Origin: Octopus sinensis
Taxonomy: Eukaryota
Assembly (NCBI RefSeq): GCF_006345805.1
Contig: NC_043018.1
Location: 13,206,001-13,270,000, forward strand
Length of the DNA stretch: 64,000 nucleotides
Reading direction: 5' to 3'
Of the stretch, positions 25,701-37,750 are shown piece after piece. Below the pieces are notes generated by a model. That model was not told where the DNA came from. It saw only the letters and a program-made list of their open reading frames with translations, and did no database searches. A program made the position numbers and the translations under genes. Position 1 is the stretch's first letter, and every line of letters begins with the position of its first letter.

Positions 25701-26339
25701 AATTTTGATGTTAATATTGCCTTAGTCCAGTAGTATATCTTTCTAGAATTCCCTTGGAAATTTTATGACCAGCTTCATCGGTTAACCTTATTTTTGTCCT
25801 TTGTTCTTGTTTCGAGAAGAAACCCAACTTCAAGCAACGTTTGAGAGATCAGTTTTTAGACACCAACTTCTAAATCAGGCAAAGTATGTAGGGGGTGCAA
25901 ATTATGATTTTGCATCCGCCAAAAATTTTAGGGGATCCAAGCGTACCACTTATATCCCCTGTTCCATGTCCCTTGGTCATGTAGGATGCTTAAACCAGAA
26001 TTCTACCGATATTTCAAGTTAGCAGGGTCAAGTCTCAAACGACCATATTTAAGTGATGGGTGGAATGGAAAGAAATGGAACAATTTTTGGATATTAAATT
26101 AGCTCAGCTAGAAAGCGACTACGATGTTTAAATGAATTATTTACTTGTTTGATTGAGAAATATCTAGAAACGTGTTCTAAATGGGTTGGGTGTCGGTGCC
26201 GTTCGAAGTCCCAGATTAGTCCTGGCCGGGCACTTCGATGATCAAAGATGTTCTAGCCTTAACCAACCCAACTTTTTCTTAAAGTCGGTCGTGTATGTAT
26301 GATTTAACGGTGATTTGATGGGTTTCTCGGAGGTCATCC

Positions 26340-26530
26340 AACAACATATATAAAAAACTCCCGTGTTGGCGCTTGCCAGCTGGACGCGCGCACTTCAAGC
26401 AACAAGTAAACGGAGTGGACCAAGGGAGACCACCGTGAAAATTTCATCTCGGGGAATCTGCTTCTGGTCGCTCGACCGTTTTCCACTCTATCGCCTTAAA
26501 ACAAAGGGCACATTGTATAATGCTGCCCTG
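26340..26530. promoter_or_regulatory. CpG-rich promoter-like segment
   Basis: TATATAAAAA at ~26347, ACGCGCGCAC and many CpGs; no linked gene identified. Confidence 0.3.
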
Positions 26531-26544
26531 GATACACATCTGCA

Positions 26545-26668
26545 CGTATATATATATATATTATATATATGTATTTATATATATATAGATGTAATATATA
26601 TATATATGTATATGCATAGATATATATATGTATACATATGTATGTATATACGTATATATTCATGTATA

Positions 26669-26718
<50 letters not shown>

Positions 26719-26739
26719 GTATATATATATATATATATA

Positions 26740-26784
<45 letters not shown>

Positions 26785-27213
26785 TATATATGTATATATG
26801 TATGTAGATATATGTATATATATGCGTATAGATATATGTATGTATATTTTATGTATAAATAGATGTAAGCATGTATGTATGTGTATAAATATGTGTACAG
26901 GTATATAGATGTATATGTATAGATGTATATCTCTATATATATATATAGATTTATATGTTTTTATATGTATATATATAAAAATATATGTATCTATATATAT
27001 ATTTATGTATATCATGTATGTATGTATATATATATATCTGTACATATATATGTATGTATATATATGTATATTTATAGATGTATATTTTTATACATATATA
27101 TAGATTTATATATAGATGTATATGTGTATATATAATATATATATATATGTATACATATGTATGTATATATATGTATATATATATATATATATATATACAT
27201 ATATATATACATG

Positions 27214-27246
<33 letters not shown>

Positions 27247-27447
27247 ACATGTAATATATATACATGCATATATATATATACATGTATATATATATGCATA
27301 TATATAATATATACATGTATATATATATATATGCATATATATATATATACATGTATATATATATACATGCATATATATATATATATATACATGTATATAT
27401 ATATACATGCATATATATGTATATATATACATGTGTGTATATATATA

Positions 27448-27478
<31 letters not shown>

Positions 27479-27480
27479 CA

Positions 27481-27522
<42 letters not shown>

Positions 27523-27524
27523 CA

Positions 27525-27573
<49 letters not shown>

Positions 27574-27715
27574 ATATATATATACATGTGTGTGTGTATA
27601 TATATATATATGTGTATATATATACATGTGTGTGTATATATATTATATATATGTATATATATATACATGTGTGTGTATATATATATATATATAGATAGAT
27701 AGATAGATAGATACA
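26545..27715. repeat. ~1.2-kb compound (TA)/(TG)/(CA)/(GA) microsatellite
   Basis: Near-continuous alternating purine-pyrimidine tract. Confidence 0.97.
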
Positions 27716-27719
27716 CTGC

Positions 27720-29645
27720 TGGCCCGAAACTGCTTTAAAATACGGAGAGGGAAAAGCCTCATTTGTGAGGGTAAAACCCTAGGTGATTATCTCTTTTTGC
27801 CATTGTCCATTGATCTTTGGCCATGCTGTTATCTTGTAGTCACCAAAGCACCATGAAGGTAAACAATTCTCTCCCTTCAGCCTTGGCCATTGGTTTCCAG
27901 CTGTGGTGCCACAATGCGGAGTCCAAAAGGTCACTAGGAATTTTCTAGAATGCAGGCATGGTCTGAAAATCTCTGTTCTGGAGTTCAGGTTGCCCCCTGG
28001 CATGAATGCATCTTTAAGGATCCTTGCGCATTTGGCAATGTATAACTTGCATCATTTCCTCCCTTTTATGTAAGGGCCTGGGTTCTCAAGTATTTTCCAT
28101 GTGACCATGTATGGAACCTCCTCATCCTGTAATTGCCAGATATGGCTGGCCAGCGATGTCCCGTAACTTCTTTCTGGGACTCTGAAGGAGGACAGATGTT
28201 TGGAAATACACTGTTTGAAAGAATTCCCCCCAGTGCACCCCGTGGACTTCTGTAGGTGCATGATGTTGTTGCACCTGTCGCTGTTGTAGGTGCTGCTGTT
28301 GGTGTTGGTGCTGGTACCCTTGTTGGCATCGCCAGGGGTGATGTTGGTGCTGGTCACATTCTTGAGTCTGCCTGTGGTGCAGTTCTTGTTGATGTCACTG
28401 CCACTGAGTTGCTGTGGTTGTTGATGGAGTCAGAACTGCAAACTGCTGCTGCTGGGGCTGGTGGAGGATGTGGTGGTGGTGGTGGTGGTGACACTAGTGC
28501 TACTGCCTCTGCCGGTTCTGCTGCTGTTGCTGTTATAGCTAGTGATGGAACCGGATATCTTGCCTCTGCTACTACTTGTATAGTGGCCAATTGGTCTGAC
28601 ATTGTGGACATCAGGGAAGCCATTGGTAAGGCTGGTGGTGGTGGTGATGTTACTGCTGTTGTCTCCTCCTCCTCCTCCTCCTTCTTCCTCCAATCAGGAC
28701 TCACGCCATTAGCCACAAAGAACAATCTCTAATTCGAGCCGTACTCTAAGCTATTAAGAATGCGTGTGGTAACTTGAAGACTCACCCACCACACACAATA
28801 GACTGGCGGTTGCACAGGCATGAAAGCTACGTTGTCATCCTCATTCCCTAAACGGTGGCTTTTAACGGGTGGAGAGCTGAACCATCCTGGGGTACAGAGG
28901 ATTCGCAATCTAGACTAGGGTATGAAGGTTTACCACACCATAGTGGGTTACACCATGGTTCCTCTGCCTTGTGGCAGAAGTAGGAAGAAAGAGTGAGAGA
29001 AAGTTGTGGTGAAAGAGTACAGCGGGGTTCATGAGCCCCACCCACCCGCGGCCGGAGCCTCGTGGATCTTAGGTGTTTTTGCTCAATAAACACTCACAAT
29101 GCCTGGTCTGGGAATTAAAACCGTGTTCTTCCAACAGCAAGTCCATTGCCCTAACCACTGAGCCATTGCACCTTCACTGCTGCTGTTGTTGTTAGCAATG
29201 CAGTGGCTGTGTCACTGGAAGTGGACCTGTTGCTTCTGCCACCATTACTATAGTGGCCAACATGCCTGACATCAGGGAAGCTATTTGTGAGGCTGGTGAT
29301 GGTGGTGATGTTGCTGCTACCATCCATGGTGTCAGTGGTGGTGATAGTGGCTGTGTTACTAGCTTTGTTCTCATGTCCATGGCTGTCATTGTTTCTGCTG
29401 GTGTTAAGGGCATGGCATGTTAGAAACTTGGCTTGATATACGGCCCCTTTGGTTTGGCAGCAGCCTCCTATTGGGCATTTGCTTTGGATTCTGCATGAAC
29501 AACCCGCCTCTTCCTGTATCCTAGGGGTGCTAACCAGGATGCTCTTAAGGTTGGGGGTGCAGCTAAATGAGACCCTAACATTGTGTCTGTTGAATATGGG
29601 ACCATACTTATGGGAGCGTGATAGAGCAAGAGACATTGGCGTGTA
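27720..29645 (-). mobile_element. 5'-truncated Penelope-like element (GIY-YIG region) interrupted by a SINE
   Basis: HKYGPIFNRHNVRVSFSCTPNL...CSCRIQSKCPIGGCCQTKGAVYQA, then TGGNSFKQCISKHLSSFR..TSLASHIWQL..WKILE..PY..G and LNSRTEIFRPCLHSRKFL. ORFs 27779, 28052 and 28430 share one frame. Confidence 0.85.
28663..29175 (-). mobile_element. SINE family H, tail type 3, inserted in the PLE
   Basis: Reverse complement of 61333-61830; (GAG/GAA)n tail; imperfect TGCTGTTGT flanking duplication. Confidence 0.9.
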
Positions 29646-29667
29646 ATAGAGCGAGAGACAAACTGCG

Positions 29668-29836
29668 CCAATACCAACCAATCAGAGTAGCGGCTGAAGG
29701 CTAGCTGTTATCTGCTACGTCCATATTTATGTTATATATATCAGAGAGAGAGAGAATTTCACTAAGCGTACGTTACAAAGTGTTCTATCAACATCGGAAC
29801 CAAAAACCTCGAAGCCACTACGAGAGAAAAGTAAGA
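29668..29836 (+). promoter_or_regulatory. Tandem CCAAT boxes and candidate first exon
   Basis: CCAAT at 29668-29672 and 29678-29682 (CCAATCAG), CpG-rich downstream, donor-like GTAAGA at 29831. Confidence 0.4.
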
Positions 29837-30665
29837 AATTAAACGACAAGAGAGAAAGTCACAACAAAATCAACCTTTTCCTCCACCAACATATTACCAT
29901 GCAGTCAATGTCAGCGACTCTTCTACGCAAGAATTGATCTACAAAGTCATCAACGCTATCACCATGAAGGAAGCATAAATTCTTGAAAATGAGATAAAGC
30001 AGCCGCCACCCTTTGCTGGCTTTCAGGGAAAGTATTTCAATTTGGGGTAGCTGAGAAAGAGCTTTTGGTATTTTCCCCTCCCCTAATTGTAGAGCATATT
30101 CTCTCCTTCCTGTTATATGTGACTAGAGAACATCAGGTGAAAACAAATAAAAGTTAGTGTGGAACATATCGTTCATGACCGATTGGCTCGCTTAATAGAA
30201 AGGGGATGGAACCGAAAGGAGGGCAACAAGATCGCTTTCTACCGAAACGATTTGCGATGATGATAATTTTATTAAGTAAGACATATAAACTGATTATCAA
30301 CAATGAGGAACTGAGGGGAGGGAAAAGTGGAGACGTTCTGTTGTGCTGATGGTGGTGAAGAGCTTCTTATCTCTGTCAGCTCCATAAAATAAGGACCCAT
30401 AATGTCATGGAGGTAGAATCGTTGGGCTAGATTCTTCCTAAACAAATTTGGGGCAAAAGCTGCCAAAGTCGGAAATCATTGTTAATCTGGCATTCTTTGG
30501 GTTCAGACGAAAGAAAACCGTTAATCTATATATAATCAGCAATAAAGAAGATAGAAGAAAGTGGGTATGTAAAGGAACTGGTGAAAAAGAGAAAGAGAGA
30601 GAAAGATAGATAGATAGAGAGAGAGAAAGAGAGAGAGAGAGAATGAGAGATAGATAGATAGATAA

Positions 30666-30709
<44 letters not shown>

Positions 30710-30996
30710 TGAGAGATATAGGGAGGAGGAAACAGAATGAAAGAGATTAAAAAAATTCGTAAAATAGGAATCACTTCTTGATTGTACTGTGAGGAATGAA
30801 AACGCAGAAAATAAAGGAAAGAGATAGACTGAAGAGAGAGAGATAAAAATTAAGTATAGAATAATACACACACACACACACACACTTGCACATACTCACA
30901 CACAAACACACGTTTGCATGTATGCGTGTGTGTGTGTGCGTGTGTACGTGTACATACACATGTTAGTGTAAGCATGTGTTGGCGTGTTGCAGTCGA

Positions 30997-31156
30997 CCAA
31001 TCAGAATCGACGTTACAACGCTCGTCAGGTTATTCATTTCAAAGATGTCGGGAATGCTCGATTGAGGTTGGCAGACAATGTTTACATTTCTCCTCTCCTC
31101 ATGTTGCTCTCCTCCACCCGTCTCAACCTGACTCACTTGCACTGACCAAGGTAAGC
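30997..31156 (+). promoter_or_regulatory. CCAAT box and candidate 5'-UTR exon of the PH/INPP4-like gene
   Basis: CCAATCAG at 30997-31004, CpG-rich sequence and a strong donor CAAG|GTAAGC at 31151. The link to the exon at 52740 is an inference. Confidence 0.5.
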
Positions 31157-31699
31157 CAACTCACTTTACCTTTGAATTATTTGTCTTTTTCTTTAAAACA
31201 CGTCCTTAATTCACCCCGAAACCGTCGTCATTCACAGAATTTTGCGTCGCAATCCACCGAAGATGGAAACCCGAGTCCGAGGGGGACGAGGGTTTCTCGC
31301 ACAAAAAGCAGCTCCTCCCTACATTTCGGGAGGTGGCAGCTCGCTTCAAATGACTGCTGCTTTAATTCTGTAGAAATCTTTACTTTGTAGAAATCCTGAA
31401 AGAGGAGTCTTGTCCCTCTCAACGGCATTTATAGATTCAGGACGGAAAAAGCACGGCTCTGGGAAATTATGGGAAATAATGCCGCAAAGCATTTTCTTGT
31501 CCTTCGTTTGATCAGTTCTGATAATAATAATAATTGTTATTATTATTTCTCCTATTCCCTTTTTGTGAGGGAATGATAGAATGAAGAATCCTATCTTCTT
31601 CGGTCTTAAAACTTGTACCTGTTGATATTTCCGGAGTCGAAAAATTCTGAAATCGAAAGAAGAAAAAAACCCCGTTCCAATGCCATGACTAGGAGACGT

Positions 31700-31745
31700 T
31701 TTTGTGTGTGTATGTATATATATGTGTATATGTGTGTGTGTATAT

Positions 31746-31810
<65 letters not shown>

Positions 31811-31905
31811 ATATATATATATATGTGTGTGTATATATATGTGTGTGTGTATATATGTATGTCTGTGTGTATATATATGTGTGTGTGTATATATATATGT
31901 GTGTG

Positions 31906-31938
<33 letters not shown>

Positions 31939-32017
31939 ATATATGTGTGTGTGTGTATATATATGTGTGTGTGTGTGTGTATATATATGTGTGTGTGTGT
32001 ATATATATGTGTGTGTG

Positions 32018-32100
<83 letters not shown>

Positions 32101-32150
32101 GTGTGTATATATATATATATACACACACATATATATGTGTGTGTGTGTGT
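31700..32150. repeat. Compound (TG)/(TA) microsatellite
   Basis: Direct. Confidence 0.97.
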
Positions 32151-32739
32151 ATTTTATTCAAAAGAGAAATTAAAAGCTGTATCTACTAATTCTTTCCACT
32201 GAAACATTTTACCTACAAATTCGGTGTGTACGAAATTGTGATCGATCTCGGTTCATCGAGAACTTTACGACCAAGTGATTTCTTATTGAGGCCCAAAGGC
32301 TAAAAGGAGAAATATTTACAGGGATTTGTTTTTGTTTTTCTCTCCCAAAGGCAACAAACCAACCAACCGCTGAGGATACCATTTCAAGGCAACTCTTCTA
32401 CGCAAGGGTCTACTTTTAGACGAGACTCAATGGCTTAAATTTTTTTTCTTTTTTCGTTCTATAAGAAAGTTATGGGTGGAATTATGTGATATTCTTGTTT
32501 GAAACATCGCACTCAGTATAATGATTTTTCAGTAATGAATTCTGCTCGTTTAAAATCCTTCCCTGGCAGGTATCAATTTCATTTTACACATTCTTCTCGA
32601 TGTCAACAAAATAATTATCAGAAATATATTAATGTCGACTCTTTGACTCTTTGCGATCCCTCTTCGCCTAAAAATATTGGCATTGTTCTTGTGAATAGTA
32701 CTCATTATTAGTAGAATTGTGAGTTATGTACACACACAT

Positions 32740-32825
<86 letters not shown>

Positions 32826-32974
32826 GCGCATGTGTGGCTATATAGTAAGACACTTACTTCCTAAGCACATGGTTCCGGGTTCAGTCCAAGTACGTGGCAC
32901 TTTGAGCAAGTGTCTTCGGATCGACCAAAGCCTTGTGAGTGGATTTGGCAGACAGAAACTGAAAGAAGCCCGTC

Positions 32975-33009
<35 letters not shown>

Positions 33010-33200
33010 GTATGTGTGTGTTTGTTCTCCCATTACCGTTTGACAAACGGTATTGGTGTGTCTACATCCCCGTAACTTAACGGTTCGGCAAAAAAGGTCG
33101 ATGGAATAAGTACTAGGCTTTAAAAAGAATACGCCCTAGAGTCGATTTGTTCGACTAAAACCCTTCAAGGTGGTGCTCCAGCATGACCCAGTCAATCTAC
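32826..33200 (+). mobile_element. Family A copy
   Basis: Aligns to 2463-2838; further + copies at ~37805, 41645, 42400 and 46228, and minus copies at ~45435, 45795 and 58555. Confidence 0.85.
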
Positions 33201-33335
33201 CCATCCGTCCATTCATCCATCTGATGGTGAAACGTGAGACTTAGGATGTGGTAGAAAAATTAAAAGATGCGCATACAGAGTTCGCGTGTCGGCTGTTTTA
33301 GCCTGCAGTGACTTTGAATTAGAGCTTATAAGAAA

Positions 33336-33738
33336 TCATCATCATCATCATCATCGTTTAACGTCCGTTTTCCATGCTGGCATGGGTTGGATGGTTTGAC
33401 TGAGGTCTGGAGAGCCAGGAGGCTGCACCAGGCTCCAATCTGATCTGGCAAGGTTTCTACAATTGGATGCCCTTCCTAACGCCAACCACCCCGACAGTTG
33501 TGTATATATATATATATATGCATATAAATATATATGTATATATAACCATATAAATATGTATATATAAAAAGCACCCACTACACTCACGGAGTGGTTGGCG
33601 TTAGGAAGGGCATCCAGCCGTAGAAACACTGCCAGATCTGACTGGGCCTGATGAAGCCTTCCAGCTTCACAGACCCCAGTTGAACCGTCCAACCCATGCT
33701 AGCATGGAAAGCGGACGCTAAATGATGATGATGATGAT
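33336..33738. mobile_element. Head-to-head pair of family B copies
   Basis: Minus copy 33336-33491, TA-rich spacer, plus copy 33566-33738. Confidence 0.9.
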
Positions 33739-33750
33739 ATAAGCATATAA

Positions 33751-33783
<33 letters not shown>

Positions 33784-34496
33784 AGCATATAAATATATCG
33801 TGCGTCTGTATTTGAATTTCATGTCAACAGGCGTTATCATTACTATTTACATGTTATCTAAAATATTTTAAAATTGTTGTATCAGTCTAGCTTCATCTCA
33901 TGCTGGACTTGAGAGAGGAGGAGGAGAGAGAGAGAGAGAGGGACTGAGTGAATTGTTGTCATTTGAATCCTGGTTCATGAAACCTGTGGTCAGAAGTAGT
34001 CCAGCTGTGATGTTGAGGTCATTTTATACATCTCACTCCCATGACCTACAGTAGAAACGTTTTGTCCTATCTTTTGTCTCTCACTTCATTGCCAATAACC
34101 GTTCATTGCCCTGTCCCATTTAAAACTGTCTCACAACAATTCCATTTGTCATCATCTCTACTTCCTTTGAATAAATTATCTGCTGTTGTTGTTTTTGCTT
34201 AGCCCTAGGTCAACCTTGATTTAAGCAGGCCTTTGACCTAAAATCATATCAACAGTTTGTGCCTACTAAATCGATTTGCAAACCTTTGGTTGGCTTGGGG
34301 TTATAATAGAAGGCAGTTGCCCAAAGTGTCATGCAGTAAGATTGAACTTAGAGCCATCTGGTTGGGAAGCAAAGTTCTTACCTCATAGCCATACCCATGT
34401 AATTTTAATTAAAATTAAGAATGTGGCCACTGCCCTTGTTAGTGGGTCTCATTTTGAAAGTATTTTGACAGCTCCAACCATGTTTTGGTTTTATCA

Positions 34497-34880
34497 GGCG
34501 GCGAGCTGGCAGGATCGTTAGCACGTTGGTCGAAATGCTTAGCGGTATTTCGTCTGCCGTTAAGTTGTGAGTTCAAATTCCGCCGAGGTCGACTTTGCCT
34601 TTCATCCTTTTGGGGTCGATAAATTAAGTACCAGTTACGCACTGGGGTCAATGTAATCGACTTAATACCTATGTCTGTCCTTGTTTGTCCCCTCTATGTT
34701 TAGCCCCTTGTGGGTAATAAAGAAATAGGTATTTTGCCCATCGCTACTTCCGTTGAGGTCGACTTTGCCTTTCATCCTTTCGGGGTCGATAAATTAAGTA
34801 CCAGTTATGCGCTGGGGTCGGTGTAATTGATTCATCCTCTCCCCACAAATTTTTCAGGCCTTGTGCCTATAGCAGAAGGG
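34497..34880 (+). mobile_element. Family C copy with a duplicated central domain
   Basis: GAGGTCGACTTTGCCTTTCATCCTTT occurs twice (~34585 and ~34757). Confidence 0.85.
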
Positions 34881-35046
34881 ATTATTAGAGTTTACTTCCT
34901 CAGGCCAAGTCACAAATAATCTGCTGTTGGTAACCATGTAACCTTATGTATTTGATGTTTGCGATGATGTTGATGAAACTAACAATGCCACTCATGCAGT
35001 GTTTCCCATTCAATTTGCTATGTATTTTGTGTAAAATAGATTAATA

Positions 35047-35437
35047 GGCGCAGGAGTGGCTGTGTGGTAAGTAGCTTGCTTACCAACCACATGGTTCCGG
35101 GTTTAGTCCCACTGCATGGTACCTTGGGCATGTGTCTTGTACTATAGCCTTGGGCCGACCAAAGCCTTGTGAGTGGATTTGGTAGACGGAAACTGAAAGA
35201 AGCCCATCGTATATGTATATATATGTATGCGTGTGTTTGTATGTCTCCCCAACATCGCTTGACAACCGATGCTGGTGTGTTTACGTTCCTGTAACTTAGC
35301 AGTTCGGCAAAAGAGACTGATAGAATAAGCACTAGGCTTCTAAAGAATAAGTCCTGGGGTCAATTTGCTCGACTAAAGGCGGTGCTCCAGCATGGCCGCA
35401 GTCAAATGACTGAAACAAGTAAAAGAGTAAAAGAGAG
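35047..35437 (+). mobile_element. Family A full copy
   Basis: Head, body and tail as in 2463-2838. Confidence 0.9.
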
Positions 35438-35730
35438 TAAGCTAATTGCACTACACATGGGAAAATTTGACTGAGGACTGTTGCTGCTGCCACCTATTGT
35501 TGCTTCTGGCGTAAGAGAAAGAGAGTGAGTTTAGTAAGAAATAGAAGAAAGGGTGAAGGGAACCATTTCGTCTTTTTCTTGTGAGTGAATGAGCAAATGA
35601 AATAATATTTCCATATAATCCATCTTTTATTCTTCTCTTCAGGTGTTCTAATAGTTCTAGACAGCACCATTTCATCCCTTTTATGGGCTTTTCAGTTCAT
35701 CATAACTTGAAATCATGGAATCAGTTTGTC

Positions 35731-36002
35731 TGTACAGTTCTATATTTAAGAGATGAGGAATTATGTACATTATTTACCTTTGACGGGTATATTCCTCATC
35801 TTGTTTGTTGTTAAACACAACGCTTCAGCTAGTACACCCTCCAGCTTTCATCTGGTGTCCTGGGGAAATTTCAAACCGGGGTTCTCATTCCTAAGGTATT
35901 TTTCGATGTTATTATTATCTTTATTCAGGTCACTGCCTTGAATCGAACTCAGAATCTTGGGGTTAGTAGCCCTTGCTCTTAACCACTATGCCATATGCCT
36001 GT
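35731..36002 (-). mobile_element. tRNA-headed SINE family I with a hammerhead-like 3' module
   Basis: A box TGGCATAGTGG and B box GTTCGATTC; body shared with 59165-59432 and 59450-59630; the ribozyme core is mutated here (CAGATGA...GAAG). Confidence 0.75.
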
Positions 36003-36047
36003 GAAAGTAAAACCATAGTGTGGGTTTAATGAAGAGTAAAATATCTA

Positions 36048-36094
<47 letters not shown>

Positions 36095-36173
36095 ATCATT
36101 GGTGAATCATAAATTCGAAAAAGAAGCACACTCTAAGTTATAGAGCAGCAGAATATAAAGATAAAGATAAATA

Positions 36174-36359
36174 TGGCCAGTCTGTGGAATTAGCCTGGGT
36201 TTCAAGCACTTAGCTTTACAGGATTTCATCAGACCCTAGGCCTATGGCCTCTTGAAGGCCACTTGCTAGAGAGGCCACTGGCTATTAGGGTCTGAAGAAA
36301 TGCTGTAAAGCCAAGTGCTTTATGGACGTGAAACCCAGGGTAACCTCATAGACTGGCCA
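36174..36359. mobile_element. Palindromic element with a hammerhead-like motif in each arm
   Basis: Arms 36174-36239 and 36286-36359 are inverted repeats; CTGAAGA at 36292 ... GAAA at 36330 on +, and CTGATGA at 36226-36232 on -. Confidence 0.7.
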
Positions 36360-37389
36360 AATCTATTTTTATATTTCCCTAATTTTCCTATGATTGATTG
36401 ATTGATTGATTCCAGTTCCAGCCTATGAGCTGTGGCCATGCTGGGGCACCGCCATGGAATAAATTCTTTTCATTGTTACTAATTTCACATTCCTATTTAA
36501 AAATCTTTTGGACCTTTGTCACCCCCAACTGTCTTACTTCCTAAATGTCCGAATAAGTTTCTCTCTTAATATTTATTTTTTTTTAATCAAGTATATTCTG
36601 TCCCAAGTGTTTTAGGGCCCCTTATAACATACACCATTTCCCCATTTAATTGTTTATTTATCTTATCTTGTATAATGGTCCCAATAGCCGGTCTTTTGTT
36701 TTTAAATTTCTACCAACCTTGGCCAATTTCACTTCAGATAACAAGTGGAATGGCTTAACCACCTACTAGTAAATGAATAAAAAATTACATTTAATTGATT
36801 AGCACTTTATTATGATAAATGCTATGAATTAGTACTGTAAATATAATTATTATAAATTATGATTAATCTAAAACCTCATTGTATCTTCACCCCTTCTCTG
36901 ACTAAAACCTATTGGCATATCCCACTGTTTTTTATTTTTTCATTATTTATCCTGTACAAAGGATTAACCCACCAAATACTATTTTCGGTTGAGTCATTTT
37001 CTTAATGTCCCAAAGAGGCACACAACCATTGCAACCATATTCAGCTTTTCCTTCTTCTTCTCTAGGCTCTTCTTTTTTTTATTTGTTCTTCACTGATGAA
37101 GCTTCATGTTTCAGATTGGTTTTATTACCAAATCGTCATCATCATCGTTTAACGTCCATTTTCCATGCTAGCATGGGTTGGACGGTTCGACCGGGGATCT
37201 GGGAAGCCAGAAGGCTGCACCAGGCCCAGTCTGATCTGGCAATGTTTCTACAGCTGGCTGCCCTTCCTAATGCCAACCACTCCGAGAGTGTAGTGGGTGC
37301 TTTTTATGTGCCACCGGCACAGAGGCCAGTCGGAGCGGCGCTGGCAACGGCCACGTTCGGATGGTTCTCTTACGGTATCACAGCTACAA

Positions 37390-37750
37390 TTTCCAATGAT
37401 GTTGATCGATTTCGATTTTCACTTGCCTCAACAGGTCTTCACAAGTAGGGTTTGTGTCACAAGAAGGAAAGGTATGCATAAGTGGACTGGCTACGTCCCA
37501 GGTAGAGGCCACGGGTTATGGTCTCACTTGTCCTGCTGGGTCTTCTCACGCACAGCATACTTCCAGAGGACTCGGTCTCTAGTCATTTCCTCGGTGAGAC
37601 CTAAAGTTCGAAGGTCGTGCTTCACCACCTCGTCCCAGGTTTTCCTAGGTCTACCTCTTCCACAGGTTCCCTCAACCGCTAGGGTGTGGCACTTTTTCAC
37701 ACAACTATCTTCATCCATTCTCGCCACATGACCATACCAGTGCAAACGTC
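37390..37750 (-). mobile_element. RTE-clade LINE 3' end
   Basis: WYGHVARMDEDSCVKKC...GRGRPRKTWDEVVKHDL; a longer copy lies at 44805-45345. Confidence 0.9.

Noticed and set aside
26638-27716. Many long ORFs of alternating Y/I/C/V/H/T (also 20213-20544, 25433-25725, 31606-32202)
   Set aside because: These are translation artefacts of stop-free TA/TG/CA microsatellites.
27715-27790. Expected hammerhead at the 3' end of the large PLE
   Set aside because: A GCTTT/AAAGC stem is present, but the CTGATGA and GAAA core elements are not intact on the element's strand.
30256-30314. C/D-box snoRNA-like GATGATGA...CTGA
   Set aside because: There is no terminal stem, the C'-D spacing is implausible and I recognise no rRNA/snRNA guide.
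31266-31296. Hairpin GAAACCC-GA-GTCC...GGAC-GA-GGGTTTC with tandem GA pairs, resembling hammerhead stem II or a SECIS core
   Set aside because: It lacks the CUGANGA core and SECIS geometry, and it is a single short hairpin in a GC-rich promoter region.
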